A stretch of DNA of 64,000 nucleotides from positions 32,001 to 96,000 of the forward strand of contig CAWAOD010000003.1 in the NCBI GenBank assembly GCA_963783575.1. The letters run 5' to 3'. The notes below the pieces were generated by a model, which saw only the letters and a program-made list of their open reading frames with translations, ran no database searches and had not been told where the DNA came from. The translations under genes and the position numbers were made by a program. Shown in pieces: positions 53,633-63,312 of the stretch; within the stretch, counting starts at the first letter, position 1; each line of letters opens with the position of its first letter. The DNA comes from an uncultured Spirochaetota bacterium (GTDB lineage: Bacteria > Spirochaetota > Brevinematia > Brevinematales > JAOACQ01).

Positions 53633-54800
53633 TTTGTTTTCCTCCAAATCGAATCTTTAAAATTTCACTCTCAAATTTTGCCCCTAGAATATTCAGATTC
53701 TGCAAAGTTCTCGGTAAAGTAATATTCCTCTTCACACTGCCGACCTTAATTATCAGCTCGTCGCCTTTCCGGTTCAGGCTCAAATCCTTTTTATCGGTAA
53801 ACGGTATAAAAATGGAAAATATATATTCTTTCCCATCCTTTTTTACCTGCTGCGTCCTTTCTTTATAAAATATTGCCGCTGGATCTTTATCCTTAAATAC
53901 AGCCTCTCCCAGGCGGGAAAGCATTTCCATACCGGTAATTTCTTTTTCAAAAAGAGGGGCGTTTAATACCGGCAGAGGTGAAAAGCTTTCAAGTATTGTT
54001 TCCAAGTAGCTTTTCTGTATATCTTTCCAGACCTTAAAATAATCATCAATTACATCATCCGGTATTACCCGGTTTACAATAACAGCATCAATGTTGAAAT
54101 CATAAATATTCAAATAAGTGAAGCTTCTCTGCGCTTCCTTTATCACCATCTTTTCAGGATTAACTACGATTCTGATGCTTGTGACTTCTCTATTGGAAAG
54201 GATTTGCCTCATTTCATCCAGCTGGTTATAGATCTTTTCAATCTCTCCGAAAACATTGTCCGAAGGCATTGGAATTCCTAAAATCGGTTCGATAACAGGT
54301 TTTACAAATTTTACGGCTTTTCTTTTAAACGGGAATAACTTATCCATCCACCATCTCAGCATTTCAGGAAAACTCAATAGTGCAAGTGTTTCCCCCGTAG
54401 GCGCACAATCTATAATTATAACATCAAAAGTTTTTTCTTTATAATAGCTCAATATCCGGAGCAGGCTCAGCAGGTCTTCCATACCGGGAAACATGGTCAA
54501 TTCCTCAGTTGTAATGTCTTTAACCGTCTTGGCAGTAAACAAGGCAGTCAGGTATTCCTGAACCTTTCCCCAGCTTTTTTCCACTTCGTGGATAGAGTCA
54601 ATTTCCTGTGCCCAGAGATTGCTTTCAATTTCCATTGGTTCGGGTGATAACCTGATATCCAGCGAATCTCCCAGGCTATGCGCGGCATCCGTACTTACAA
54701 TAAGGGTCTTTCTGCCTTTATGGGCGCTTAGAACTGCAGTTGCTGCTGCAACACAGGTCTTACCTACACCGCCTTTTCCTGTATATAAAATGATCCTCAC
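53625..54800 (-). CDS. ArsA/GET3-family ATPase with C-terminal HSP20-like domain
   Basis: GKGGVGKT, STDAAHSL, DCAPTGET, VVNPEKMVI, C-terminal GDELIIKVGSVKRNITLP. Confidence 0.9.
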   Translation of the reverse strand: MRIILYTGKGGVGKTCVAAATAVLSAHKGRKTLIVSTDAAHSLGDSLDIRLSPEPMEIESNLWAQEIDSIHEVEKSWGKVQEYLTALFTAKTVKDITTEELTMFPGMEDLLSLLRILSYYKEKTFDVIIIDCAPTGETLALLSFPEMLRWWMDKLFPFKRKAVKFVKPVIEPILGIPMPSDNVFGEIEKIYNQLDEMRQILSNREVTSIRIVVNPEKMVIKEAQRSFTYLNIYDFNIDAVIVNRVIPDDVIDDYFKVWKDIQKSYLETILESFSPLPVLNAPLFEKEITGMEMLSRLGEAVFKDKDPAAIFYKERTQQVKKDGKEYIFSIFIPFTDKKDLSLNRKGDELIIKVGSVKRNITLPRTLQNLNILGAKFESEILKIRFGGKQNE

Positions 54801-54857
54801 ACATTTTCTCCTGAAATTACTGTTTATAAATTCTTCAAAATTTTATTTCAATAAATC

Positions 54858-55340
54858 TTATTCGATTTCAATCTTTTTTATTTTATTCTCTTCTGCTGGA
54901 TTTTCTTTAACATTCAGGCTATTTTCTTCCAATCTCCGCATTATCTTCGTAAAAACTGTGACTAATTGCTGCTGTTCCTCATCGGTTAAAACTTCGGATA
55001 CCATTTTAATGTACTCAGATCCTTTGCTTTTTATTTTGTCAACAAGCTCTCTCCCTTTTGCAGTGAGGCGAATCACAACAATCCTCCTGTCGGAATCTCT
55101 TCTTTCCCGCTCCATATATCCGCCTTTTACAAGACGGTCTATAATCCCGGTCGCTGTGCTCATTGATACATTTATATAATCGGCGATACGGCTCATAATA
55201 ATTTCGCCCTGCCTTTCCGCCAGGAGAATGGCAAATATTTCCTGTTTTGAGAGCGTAAGATCAATCTCCAGCCATTCCTCAGGAAATACTATCTTTTTTA
55301 TATTATCGAGAATTAAATCAATTAATTGATTATAGTCCAT
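54858..55340 (-). CDS. MarR-family regulator (likely start MDYNQ at 55340)
   Basis: MSTATGIIDRLVKGGYMER..DRRIVVIRLTAKG. Confidence 0.92.
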   Translation of the reverse strand: MDYNQLIDLILDNIKKIVFPEEWLEIDLTLSKQEIFAILLAERQGEIIMSRIADYINVSMSTATGIIDRLVKGGYMERERRDSDRRIVVIRLTAKGRELVDKIKSKGSEYIKMVSEVLTDEEQQQLVTVFTKIMRRLEENSLNVKENPAEENKIKKIEIE

Positions 55341-55359
55341 AATTGTTTTCCTTTTTTTG

Positions 55360-55419
55360 AATATTTCGAGATACGTAATATTCATAATAAAGAATAATAC
55401 ATATTCAAGAATATGTCAA
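55360..55419 (-). promoter_or_regulatory. marR promoter with candidate operator
   Basis: Minus strand TTGACA (55419-55414), 17 bp, TATTCT; imperfect dyad AATATTTCG-N5-CGTAATATT at 55360-55382. Confidence 0.55.
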
Positions 55420-55596
55420 TAGAAATTAAAATATTTTTCTAAACGACAAAAACAAATCACAGTAAAGATATTTTGAAGATAAAGTGCTGTGATTAAGCGG
55501 ATGTTGGGTCAAGAAGAGAATGGTTATTTGCAAAAACAAACCATCTCATTTAAAATATCACGTTATTATAAAAAATTAAATTCCGGGAGAATCTGA

Positions 55597-56458
55597 TTGA
55601 ACCAAAAATCAAATGTTATTTTTCTTGCGGTAATATCGGACATGTTCTTAATAATCATAAAGGCAGTAAGCGGGATAGTCAGCGGATCTGTAAGCCTTTT
55701 ATCGGAAGCGGCTCATTCCGTGATGGACCTTATTTCTTCTGTTATCAATTTTTTCTCTATAAGGGTATCTGATAAACCGCCAGATAAAGAACACCCATAC
55801 GGACATCATAAGTTTGAGAACCTGTCTGGCCTGCTCGAATCCATTCTTCTTTTTCTGGCTTCAGTATCTATAATATTCGAGGCTGTTCAACGTTTTTTTC
55901 ATGTGAAAGAAGTTAAAATACCTGCTCTTGGCTTCTCGGTCATGATTTTTTCATCGTTACTTAACTTTGCTTTGTCACTGCGTTTGAGTTATGTCGCAAA
56001 AAAAGAAAACTCCATTGCACTGGAAGCTGAGGCGCTGGATAAGAGGTCTGATTTTATTGCTACAACCGGCGTGGGTATCGGTTTTATACTGATCTGGAGC
56101 TTAAGGCTTAATTACATTGATGCTATACTCGCCATAATCATCGCTTTATATATATTAAAAGGCGCCGTATCGCTTTTTATTAAAACAGTTAACCCATTAA
56201 TCGATTCTAGCCTTTCGGAGGAAGATATCAGGATTATTAAGGATGTTTTAAAAAATAATTCTGATGAAATTTTTGATTATCATGACCCTGAGGACCAGAG
56301 GTGATGGAATAACTAGGTATATAGATATGCATATAACGCTTCCGGACAGTATGACAATTCATCAAGGTCACGATATAAGTAATAAAATCGAAAGAGAAAT
56401 TGAAAGAAGGCTTAAGAACACCCAGGTACTTATCCATATGGAACCATTAAATGATTAA
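55597..56458 (+). CDS. Cation diffusion facilitator (FieF-like) transporter; frameshift near 56285
   Basis: SEAAHSVMD, PPDKEHPYGHHKFE, DKRSD, C-terminal LRTRG..IDMHI..GHDI..LIHMEP. Confidence 0.9.
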
Positions 56459-56491
56459 ATTTATTCGCCGCTATCTCAGGAAATTAAGAAT

Positions 56492-56686
56492 CCTCAAGGC
56501 AGAGCCTTGAGGTATTAAAGTCAGAACAACTGAAAGAATCTTCTTGTGGAATTCCCTCGGCAGAGCTCGGGATAAACTCCACAGAGCTATACGCAACTTT
56601 GTTGTGTAAGGAATCTACACCCGGGTCAAGCAGCCTGCCGTCTACCTGCCAACGCCGGGATCTCCGGCAGGTAGACGGCAGACAGG
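56492..56686. repeat. Cluster of REP/MITE-like hairpins, including copy 2 of the 22033 repeat
   Basis: CCTCAAGGC-AGA-GCCTTGAGG (56492-56512); shared repeat 56590-56631; 16-bp stem CTGCCGTCTACCTGCC/GGCAGGTAGACGGCAG (56635-56681). Confidence 0.7.
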
Positions 56687-56776
56687 GCACACTTGTTAAA
56701 AATTACGGCAAAGATATTTTTAAGATAATTGACTAAAAATTTATCATTTATTATTATTTAAAAAATATATATTGAG

Positions 56777-57121
56777 ATGCGTTTTATGGAAGAAAGAAGA
56801 AAAGAAATACGGACAATGTTTGACACAATACCGGAAGAAATTAGAGAATTAAAGATTAAAACAGGTTTATTTAAGGATCATCCGGTAAGCACAGTCGATA
56901 TAAGCAGTATTGGAATGGCGTTCATTGCAGAAGAAGCCATATATGAAGAAATTAAAAATACAAAAAATATTTTTGTCTGTTTTACAAATCCAAACAGGAG
57001 CATCAAAGCAAAAACGGTTTATGCCTACCCAATAGTAAATTCAAAAGTTAGAATTGGAATTATTTTTGAGGAAGACGGTTCAATCAGACAATACCATGAC
57101 ATTCTTAAGAAATCTTCGTAA
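56777..57121 (+). CDS. Stand-alone PilZ-domain protein
   Basis: RxxxR (ERRKEIR) and DxSxxG (DISSIG) c-di-GMP-binding motifs, terminal RIGIIF strand. Confidence 0.7.
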   Translation: MRFMEERRKEIRTMFDTIPEEIRELKIKTGLFKDHPVSTVDISSIGMAFIAEEAIYEEIKNTKNIFVCFTNPNRSIKAKTVYAYPIVNSKVRIGIIFEEDGSIRQYHDILKKSS

Positions 57122-57192
57122 TAAATTACAGAACATTTTAGTTCCTGATGTTTGAATTGATAAAATGAGAAAATTAAAAACCGGATTATATT

Positions 57193-59949
57193 ATGGGACC
57201 TGTTCAAAAAACCATTCGTCCTCCGTCGGATTTATCTTCTTCAATACACTTGCTGGGAGATTTGCTCGGGAAAGTGATAATTGAATTGGAATCACGAGAC
57301 ATTTTTGATACGGAAGAACGCATCAGGCAAGCCGCAAAAGCCCGCCGAAGGGAAGATCTTGCAGATAATCGTCCTGCCGGCGATATAATGGAATCTGAAA
57401 TAGCTTCTTTAAATTCCCAAAAAGCTGCCGCGATAGCATCAGCTTTCACACTATATTTTGATCTTGTAAATCTTGCTGAAGAAAACGATTATGTAAGTAA
57501 AATGATAATCAATGAACAAAACAGCCGGACCGAACAAATTCCCGATTCAATAACAGAGGCGGTCTTTATTCTTTATAATAACGGCGTATCCGGTGAAAAG
57601 ATATCAACATTAATCAACAAACTATCAATCGAACTTGTGATGACAGCGCATCCCACAGAAGCCAAACGCCGGACTATTTTATCAAAATTAAGGCGCATTG
57701 AAGAATCCCTCTCAAATATATACCGGTCAGAATTAAGTCAAACTCAAATGGATGAATGCATTTCTGCCATACATGCTGAGATTGCGGCTATTTGGCTCAC
57801 CGACCGTCTTCGGACACTGAGTCCGGCAGTGACCGATGAAGTCAGGACTGGACTCTATTTTGTAGATGAAATTCTCTGGACGCTGCTGCCCGGGATTTAT
57901 GATATATTCGATCGGGCACTGGCAAGGTATTATTCGGAAGTTAAGCCGGAAACAAATTGGCTTACTATCGGATCATGGATTGGCGGTGACAGGGATGGCA
58001 ATCCTAATGTTACAGCCGCAGTAACTGCTGAAACCTTAAGACTGCACCGCGGCCTGGCAATTGAGAAAAACCGGGCATCCCTACGCAATCTTTCGAGATT
58101 TCTCAGCTTCAGCAATCGAAAACTGCCGCCCGATGAAAACCTGAAGGCCTGGATCGGGCGCCACCGCCCGTTTACCCGGCATTCAGCTTATATTGAAGAC
58201 CGCTATGAAAACGAATCATACAGGCTTGCCTTGTCATTATTGGAATCCGATCTCGCCAATGCTTCACAGGAAGATATGCTTCCAGGCCTTCTCTCCGGCA
58301 AACCGCAAAGCGCAATTATTCAACCGGAAGAAATGATAAATCTTCTTGAGGTCATTATGCGCACCCTGCCCCGGCCAATAGCCGAGTCATTTCCTCATAC
58401 GGCATTGCGCCAGATGAAGATTTTCGGACTTCATGCCGCACATCTCCACCTGCGTGAAGACGCCGGGAAACTTACGGCCGCGTTGTCAGAAATACTTCAT
58501 GTACTTGGAATAGAGATTCGGTTTGATAAGATTAATCATACGGAACGGATATCGCTTTTGACGGGACTTCTGGAAAAACCGGTCCCTGTGCTGGCGCTAC
58601 ATTCTGAAATCTTGCAGTCCGCATCGGAAACCGTATCACTTTTCAGGCTTGCTTCAAGGGCTATTTCAATTTATGGCAGAAAAACAATAGGGCCTTTTAT
58701 AGTTTCTATGACAGGAAGCGCATCGGATGTGCTTGTGGCTCTGTTACTAGCCCGCTGGACAGGATGTAATGATAATCTGCAGATAGTTCCGCTGATAGAA
58801 ACAATTGCTGATCTGGAGAAGGCCTCAGATATTCTGCGGGAATTGTTCGAAAACAAATCATACCATGAACATCTTAAAAATAACGGAAACAATCAGACAG
58901 TTATGATCGGCTACTCCGATTCAAATAAAGACGGCGGATATCTGACCGCAAACTGGGCTCTTTACAGGGCACAGGAAGAAATCAACCGTATCTGCAAGGA
59001 ATATGGCATCACACTTACAATTTTCCACGGAAGGGGAGGCCCCGCCGCAAGGGGAGGAGGTCCGGTAAACCAGGCAATACGCTCGCAGCCCCCGGGAAGC
59101 ATCAGCGGGAAGTTCAGGCTGACGGAACAGGGGGAAGTCCTTACTTCAAGATATTCAAATCAGCATCTTGCGCGGCATCATATTGAGGAAATAGTTAACG
59201 CTGTATTACTTTCATCATTCGATGAAACTTCTACTTTTAAACCCGTCCAGCCTGAATGGAGAAAATTAATGTCCGTGATGTCAAAAGCCTCTCAGGAAGA
59301 ATACAGAACTTTGATTTTTAATACTCCCGGATTTTATGATTTCTGGAAAGCCGCAACGCCGATCAATGAGATAAAAAGGCTCAGGATGGGCTCAAGGCCT
59401 TATGTACGAGGTAAGGAAGATGATTCCATAAAAAATATCCGCGCCATACCCTGGGTATTTTCGTGGATGCAGAGCCGTTTCAATCTCCCGGGATGGTACG
59501 GCCTGGGAACCGGCCTGAAATCTGCCGGTAATCGGCCTTTATTAAGGGAAATTTATTCCGGCTGGTATTTCTTCACTTCCCTGATAAGCAATACCGAAGT
59601 TTCAATGCTTTTAGCGGATATGGAAATAGCCCGGTTATATACTGATCTTGTTCCGGATAAGGAAAGCGCATTACGTATCTTTAAAATTATAAAAGAGGAA
59701 TATCTGCGGACAGAGGAAGCAATTCTCATGATTACAGGTGAAAATGCCCTGCTTGACAATGACTGGAATTTAAAAAAGTCTATCCACCTTCGTAATCCCT
59801 ATATTGACCCTCTGAATTTTCTCCAGGTTGAGATGCTTGGCCGTTTGCGCGCACTGCCCGATTCTGAAGGGCCCGAAGCGCAGGCCATAAGGGAAGTTAT
59901 AGTCATAACAATCAACGGAATAGCATCGGGGCTGAGAAATACCGGATAA
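57193..59949 (+). CDS. ppc: Phosphoenolpyruvate carboxylase
   Basis: VMTAHPTE, SWIGGDRDGNP, VMIGYSDSNKDGG, FHGRGG, IRAIPWVFSW, C-terminal GLRNTG. Confidence 0.97.
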   Translation: MGPVQKTIRPPSDLSSSIHLLGDLLGKVIIELESRDIFDTEERIRQAAKARRREDLADNRPAGDIMESEIASLNSQKAAAIASAFTLYFDLVNLAEENDYVSKMIINEQNSRTEQIPDSITEAVFILYNNGVSGEKISTLINKLSIELVMTAHPTEAKRRTILSKLRRIEESLSNIYRSELSQTQMDECISAIHAEIAAIWLTDRLRTLSPAVTDEVRTGLYFVDEILWTLLPGIYDIFDRALARYYSEVKPETNWLTIGSWIGGDRDGNPNVTAAVTAETLRLHRGLAIEKNRASLRNLSRFLSFSNRKLPPDENLKAWIGRHRPFTRHSAYIEDRYENESYRLALSLLESDLANASQEDMLPGLLSGKPQSAIIQPEEMINLLEVIMRTLPRPIAESFPHTALRQMKIFGLHAAHLHLREDAGKLTAALSEILHVLGIEIRFDKINHTERISLLTGLLEKPVPVLALHSEILQSASETVSLFRLASRAISIYGRKTIGPFIVSMTGSASDVLVALLLARWTGCNDNLQIVPLIETIADLEKASDILRELFENKSYHEHLKNNGNNQTVMIGYSDSNKDGGYLTANWALYRAQEEINRICKEYGITLTIFHGRGGPAARGGGPVNQAIRSQPPGSISGKFRLTEQGEVLTSRYSNQHLARHHIEEIVNAVLLSSFDETSTFKPVQPEWRKLMSVMSKASQEEYRTLIFNTPGFYDFWKAATPINEIKRLRMGSRPYVRGKEDDSIKNIRAIPWVFSWMQSRFNLPGWYGLGTGLKSAGNRPLLREIYSGWYFFTSLISNTEVSMLLADMEIARLYTDLVPDKESALRIFKIIKEEYLRTEEAILMITGENALLDNDWNLKKSIHLRNPYIDPLNFLQVEMLGRLRALPDSEGPEAQAIREVIVITINGIASGLRNTG

Positions 59950-60054
59950 ATGCTTATAAAACCAATTCTGCAATCGTTGTGTTTTTATATATCATTATTT
60001 TGTGTTATTTCATATATCTTTTTATAATTTTCTCTAATATTAAAAGAGAGGCTT

Positions 60055-61245
60055 ATGGATCAATTTACTTCGAGAGCTTTGCCAAAAAACAGAGCAAATG
60101 ATTATTCAAAAGATATTATTACCAAGCGAGTTGAATTCTTACAGGAAATTTCAAAAGCTGATTTAACAGCTATAAACAGCTTTACAATTGATCCTGAATT
60201 AACAAAAGGTAAAATTGAAAATATTATCGGTTTCACCCAGATTCCAATAGGTGTAATAGGTCCATTAACGATTAACGGCGAACATGCGAAAGGGGATTTT
60301 TATATACCTATGGCAACTCTTGAGGGCGCTTTGATTTCTTCATATTACAGAGGGGCAAGAGTTATTTCAGAATCAGGAGGCGCGAATGTAGTTGTTTTAC
60401 AGGATACTATTCAGCGGGCGCCATTTTTTGTTTTTAAAAATATTAATAAAGCTAAAAATTTTATTGTCTGGATCAGAGAAAATTTTGAAAGCTTAAAAAA
60501 CATTGCATCAAAAACCACAAACCATGGGAAGCTTCATTCCTTTAAATCTTTTTTAATCGGACGAAGCGTTTATGTCCGTCTGGAATATTCATCCGGAGAT
60601 GCAATGGGAATGAACATGATTACAAAAGCGACAAATGAAGTTTGTAAATATATAATAGAAAACATTGAAGTCGAAAAATGCGTTATAGAAAGTAACATGG
60701 CTGTTGATAAAAAACCGGCTTATATAAATATGATTCTTGGAAGAGGAAAAAGCGTATCAGCGGAAGTTCGAATTCCTGAAAAAATTGTTAAACGTTATTT
60801 TATGACCACACCGGGGAAAATGGCAGAAAATTACCGGGGGCAAATGCTTGGAAACACATTGGCCGGAGTAAACGGCTGCACATATCATTTTGCCAATGGC
60901 CTCGCCGCAATATTTATAGCTTGCGGACAGGATGCCGCCAACGTTGCCGATTCATCTACCGGTGTGATAAATATGGAAGTTATGGAAGAAGATCTTTATG
61001 TAAGTATTTATTTGCCGTCGCTTATTATAGGTACAATAGGCGGAGGCACTTCTTTACCTGCGCAAAAATCTTGTCTGGAATTGATGGGGTGCTATGGGAA
61101 AGATAATGTAAAAAAATTCGCTGAAATTATTGCTTCAGCCTTATTGTGCGGTGAAATCTCTCTGGCAGCCGCTATTACAGCAGGTGATTTTATCGAAGCT
61201 CATGAAAAATACGGGCGGAATAGGCCCGGTAATCCGGATTTTTGA
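60055..61245 (+). CDS. hmgA: Class I (NADPH-type) HMG-CoA reductase
   Basis: IENIIG, PMATLEGAL, GDAMGMNM, cis-loop SNMAVDKK, ACGQDAA, GTIGGGT, C-terminal AH. Confidence 0.9.
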   Translation: MDQFTSRALPKNRANDYSKDIITKRVEFLQEISKADLTAINSFTIDPELTKGKIENIIGFTQIPIGVIGPLTINGEHAKGDFYIPMATLEGALISSYYRGARVISESGGANVVVLQDTIQRAPFFVFKNINKAKNFIVWIRENFESLKNIASKTTNHGKLHSFKSFLIGRSVYVRLEYSSGDAMGMNMITKATNEVCKYIIENIEVEKCVIESNMAVDKKPAYINMILGRGKSVSAEVRIPEKIVKRYFMTTPGKMAENYRGQMLGNTLAGVNGCTYHFANGLAAIFIACGQDAANVADSSTGVINMEVMEEDLYVSIYLPSLIIGTIGGGTSLPAQKSCLELMGCYGKDNVKKFAEIIASALLCGEISLAAAITAGDFIEAHEKYGRNRPGNPDF

Positions 61246-61285
61246 TAATTCACAATATCCATTCTAAAATAATCCAGGTGACTTT

Positions 61286-62245
61286 ATGATTAAATTGCCC
61301 CTTATTTTTTTCCAGTTTATATCATTTTCCCTGGGTTTTTCAGCTTTTGTAGTTGCTGTATATCAATATCTCAAACACAAAGAAAAATCGATACGTTATT
61401 ACATTATCTTTTTAGCGCTTTTTACCGTCAGGATAGTTTTAAATAATATTCTCTTTTTATTACGCAGCAGTTCCGATATTATGAGCCCTGTTCTGCTTAA
61501 AAGCCTGCTTTTATTCTACCAGATAACAACAGACCTCACATTTTTAATGATTTTAGCCGTGCCGGTATTGTTTCATTCGTTATTGATTGTTCCGTTTAAG
61601 AAATATGCGAATATTATTTTTTATATTTTAATTTTTCTCTGTATTGTTTTAAATTTTTATCCCTATATTTTTGGTATCTTCGGTGGATTGTCAAATTATC
61701 CGGTTAAGCTGATTACCGATTCGGAAAGCCTGATGATGATTTTTATTTTTATTTACTTGGCAATCATTTTATTCTTATTCTATCCGAAGACTGCCGAAAA
61801 GCAAAAAAAAAGGACACTGTTTGCGATCTTTATTTCTTTTCTGACTTTTTCACTCTATGATTATTTCATAGCTAAAAACACATACATCTTCAATTTTACG
61901 GATGCTTATCTGCCACTCTGGTTTAATATCGGATTTTATTCCTTCTGGAATCTTTTTTTCCTGATATTTACCGGATATAATCATCAAAGGGTTGTGTCAA
62001 CTCCGGATGTAATTGAATTAAATCCGCCTTTTCTGGAGAGATTCGGGATATCCGGTCGTGAAAAAGAGGTCATTGGCATGGTCCTCTCGGGAAAAACAAA
62101 TCAGGACATTGCCGATAAACTTTTCATTTCACTTAAAACTGTAAAAAATCACATCCACAATATATTTCAGAAAACCGGTGCCAAGACCCGGATGGAACTC
62201 TCGTTTATCATACGTGATTTTTCAAAAATGAATCCAAAGTACTAA
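61286..62245 (+). CDS. Membrane-integral LuxR-family regulator (about 7 TM + C-terminal HTH)
   Basis: Hydrophobic N-terminal ~230 aa; ISGREKEVI..GKTNQDIADKLFISLKTVKNHIHNIFQK. Confidence 0.88.
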   Translation: MIKLPLIFFQFISFSLGFSAFVVAVYQYLKHKEKSIRYYIIFLALFTVRIVLNNILFLLRSSSDIMSPVLLKSLLLFYQITTDLTFLMILAVPVLFHSLLIVPFKKYANIIFYILIFLCIVLNFYPYIFGIFGGLSNYPVKLITDSESLMMIFIFIYLAIILFLFYPKTAEKQKKRTLFAIFISFLTFSLYDYFIAKNTYIFNFTDAYLPLWFNIGFYSFWNLFFLIFTGYNHQRVVSTPDVIELNPPFLERFGISGREKEVIGMVLSGKTNQDIADKLFISLKTVKNHIHNIFQKTGAKTRMELSFIIRDFSKMNPKY

Positions 62246-62264
62246 CCGTTTTTGAATCCAAAGT
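62229..62264 (+). promoter_or_regulatory. 12-bp direct repeat, candidate LuxR binding site
   Basis: TGAATCCAAAGT at 62229-62240 and 62253-62264. Confidence 0.4.
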
Positions 62265-62469
62265 CCCATTGATTTTCTGGAATTTTATGAGTAAAATAAT
62301 TCATCCTTATCGGTTCATCCAATTAATTTGTTTCTAAACCGTGAAAACGTAATTAATTTACAGGAAGACATGAAGCCGGGAAGGTTAAATTTATAATTTT
62401 TTGAGGTATGTGGATTCTTCATATCTTCTTGCCATCCTGTAAATTATAAATATTTTTAGGAGTAAGTCT

Positions 62470-63309
62470 ATGAAATTCTTGAAATTAACCGCATTCACAT
62501 TATTATTTGTTTTAGCTTTTTTCACTATTTTATCCGCAATGGGAAGTAAACCCGAGGATATACCGTTGAAGGCTTCGAAAATCAAATTCGAGGATGGGGA
62601 ATACCTCAGAATAGGAACATATGTCGGCGGGGAAAAAACCGAAGAGTCGCATATCGTCGCCCGGATTGACACAAATAAAAATAGAGTAGAAGTATATTGG
62701 CAAACCGTGAATCTGAACAGAAAGCAAAAACTACCAGGCCATTATACCGATTATAATACTTATCGTTTCACAATCGATCTGGAGACAGGAAGCCCGTTAT
62801 CTGTAATTTATCAAAATCCTTTTACCGATGATAAAGGCAATATCCGGTCCAGCGACATTTTAAGCGAAGATAAAAGCGAAATACAATCCGACTCAGAATA
62901 CTGGGATGGGTATGAATTAAAAAAAATCCATTCGAAAGTTCCTCTCCGGAAGGGATACCCAATCGTCTTACATCCGCTGACTGTTTTTTATACCGCCCGT
63001 TTTCTGGATATCTCCAGCCCGGGAATAGCCTATCTTTGCTGGCCTCAGGTTCTGAAACAGCCCATTCCGTTTTCTTTCATTTTTTTGGGGAGGGAAACCG
63101 TCAAAACACCTGCGGGTGAAATTAAAACAATAAAAGTACACTGGAATATTTCGGATCCCTTCCTGGCAAAATTGATGCAGCCCTATATGAATGAATCGTT
63201 TATATGGGTTGAAGATTCTCCACGCAGGCTTGTCGTTAAAGCGATTAATCCGTCGGCTCAGCTTATACTTGAAGAAGTATCAACAATAAAAGAAAAAAAT
63301 ATGGAGTAA
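62470..63309 (+). CDS. Secreted DUF3108-like protein, paralogue B
   Basis: Signal peptide; DGEYLRIGTYVGGE, EYWDGY, RFLDISSPGIAY, GRETVKTPAGE. Confidence 0.65.
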   Translation: MKFLKLTAFTLLFVLAFFTILSAMGSKPEDIPLKASKIKFEDGEYLRIGTYVGGEKTEESHIVARIDTNKNRVEVYWQTVNLNRKQKLPGHYTDYNTYRFTIDLETGSPLSVIYQNPFTDDKGNIRSSDILSEDKSEIQSDSEYWDGYELKKIHSKVPLRKGYPIVLHPLTVFYTARFLDISSPGIAYLCWPQVLKQPIPFSFIFLGRETVKTPAGEIKTIKVHWNISDPFLAKLMQPYMNESFIWVEDSPRRLVVKAINPSAQLILEEVSTIKEKNME

Positions 63310-63312
63310 AGT

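Noticed and set aside
53625..54800. Arsenic resistance operon
   Set aside because: No arsB/acr3/arsC/arsD; single ATPase domain with HSP20-like tail rather than the duplicated ArsA
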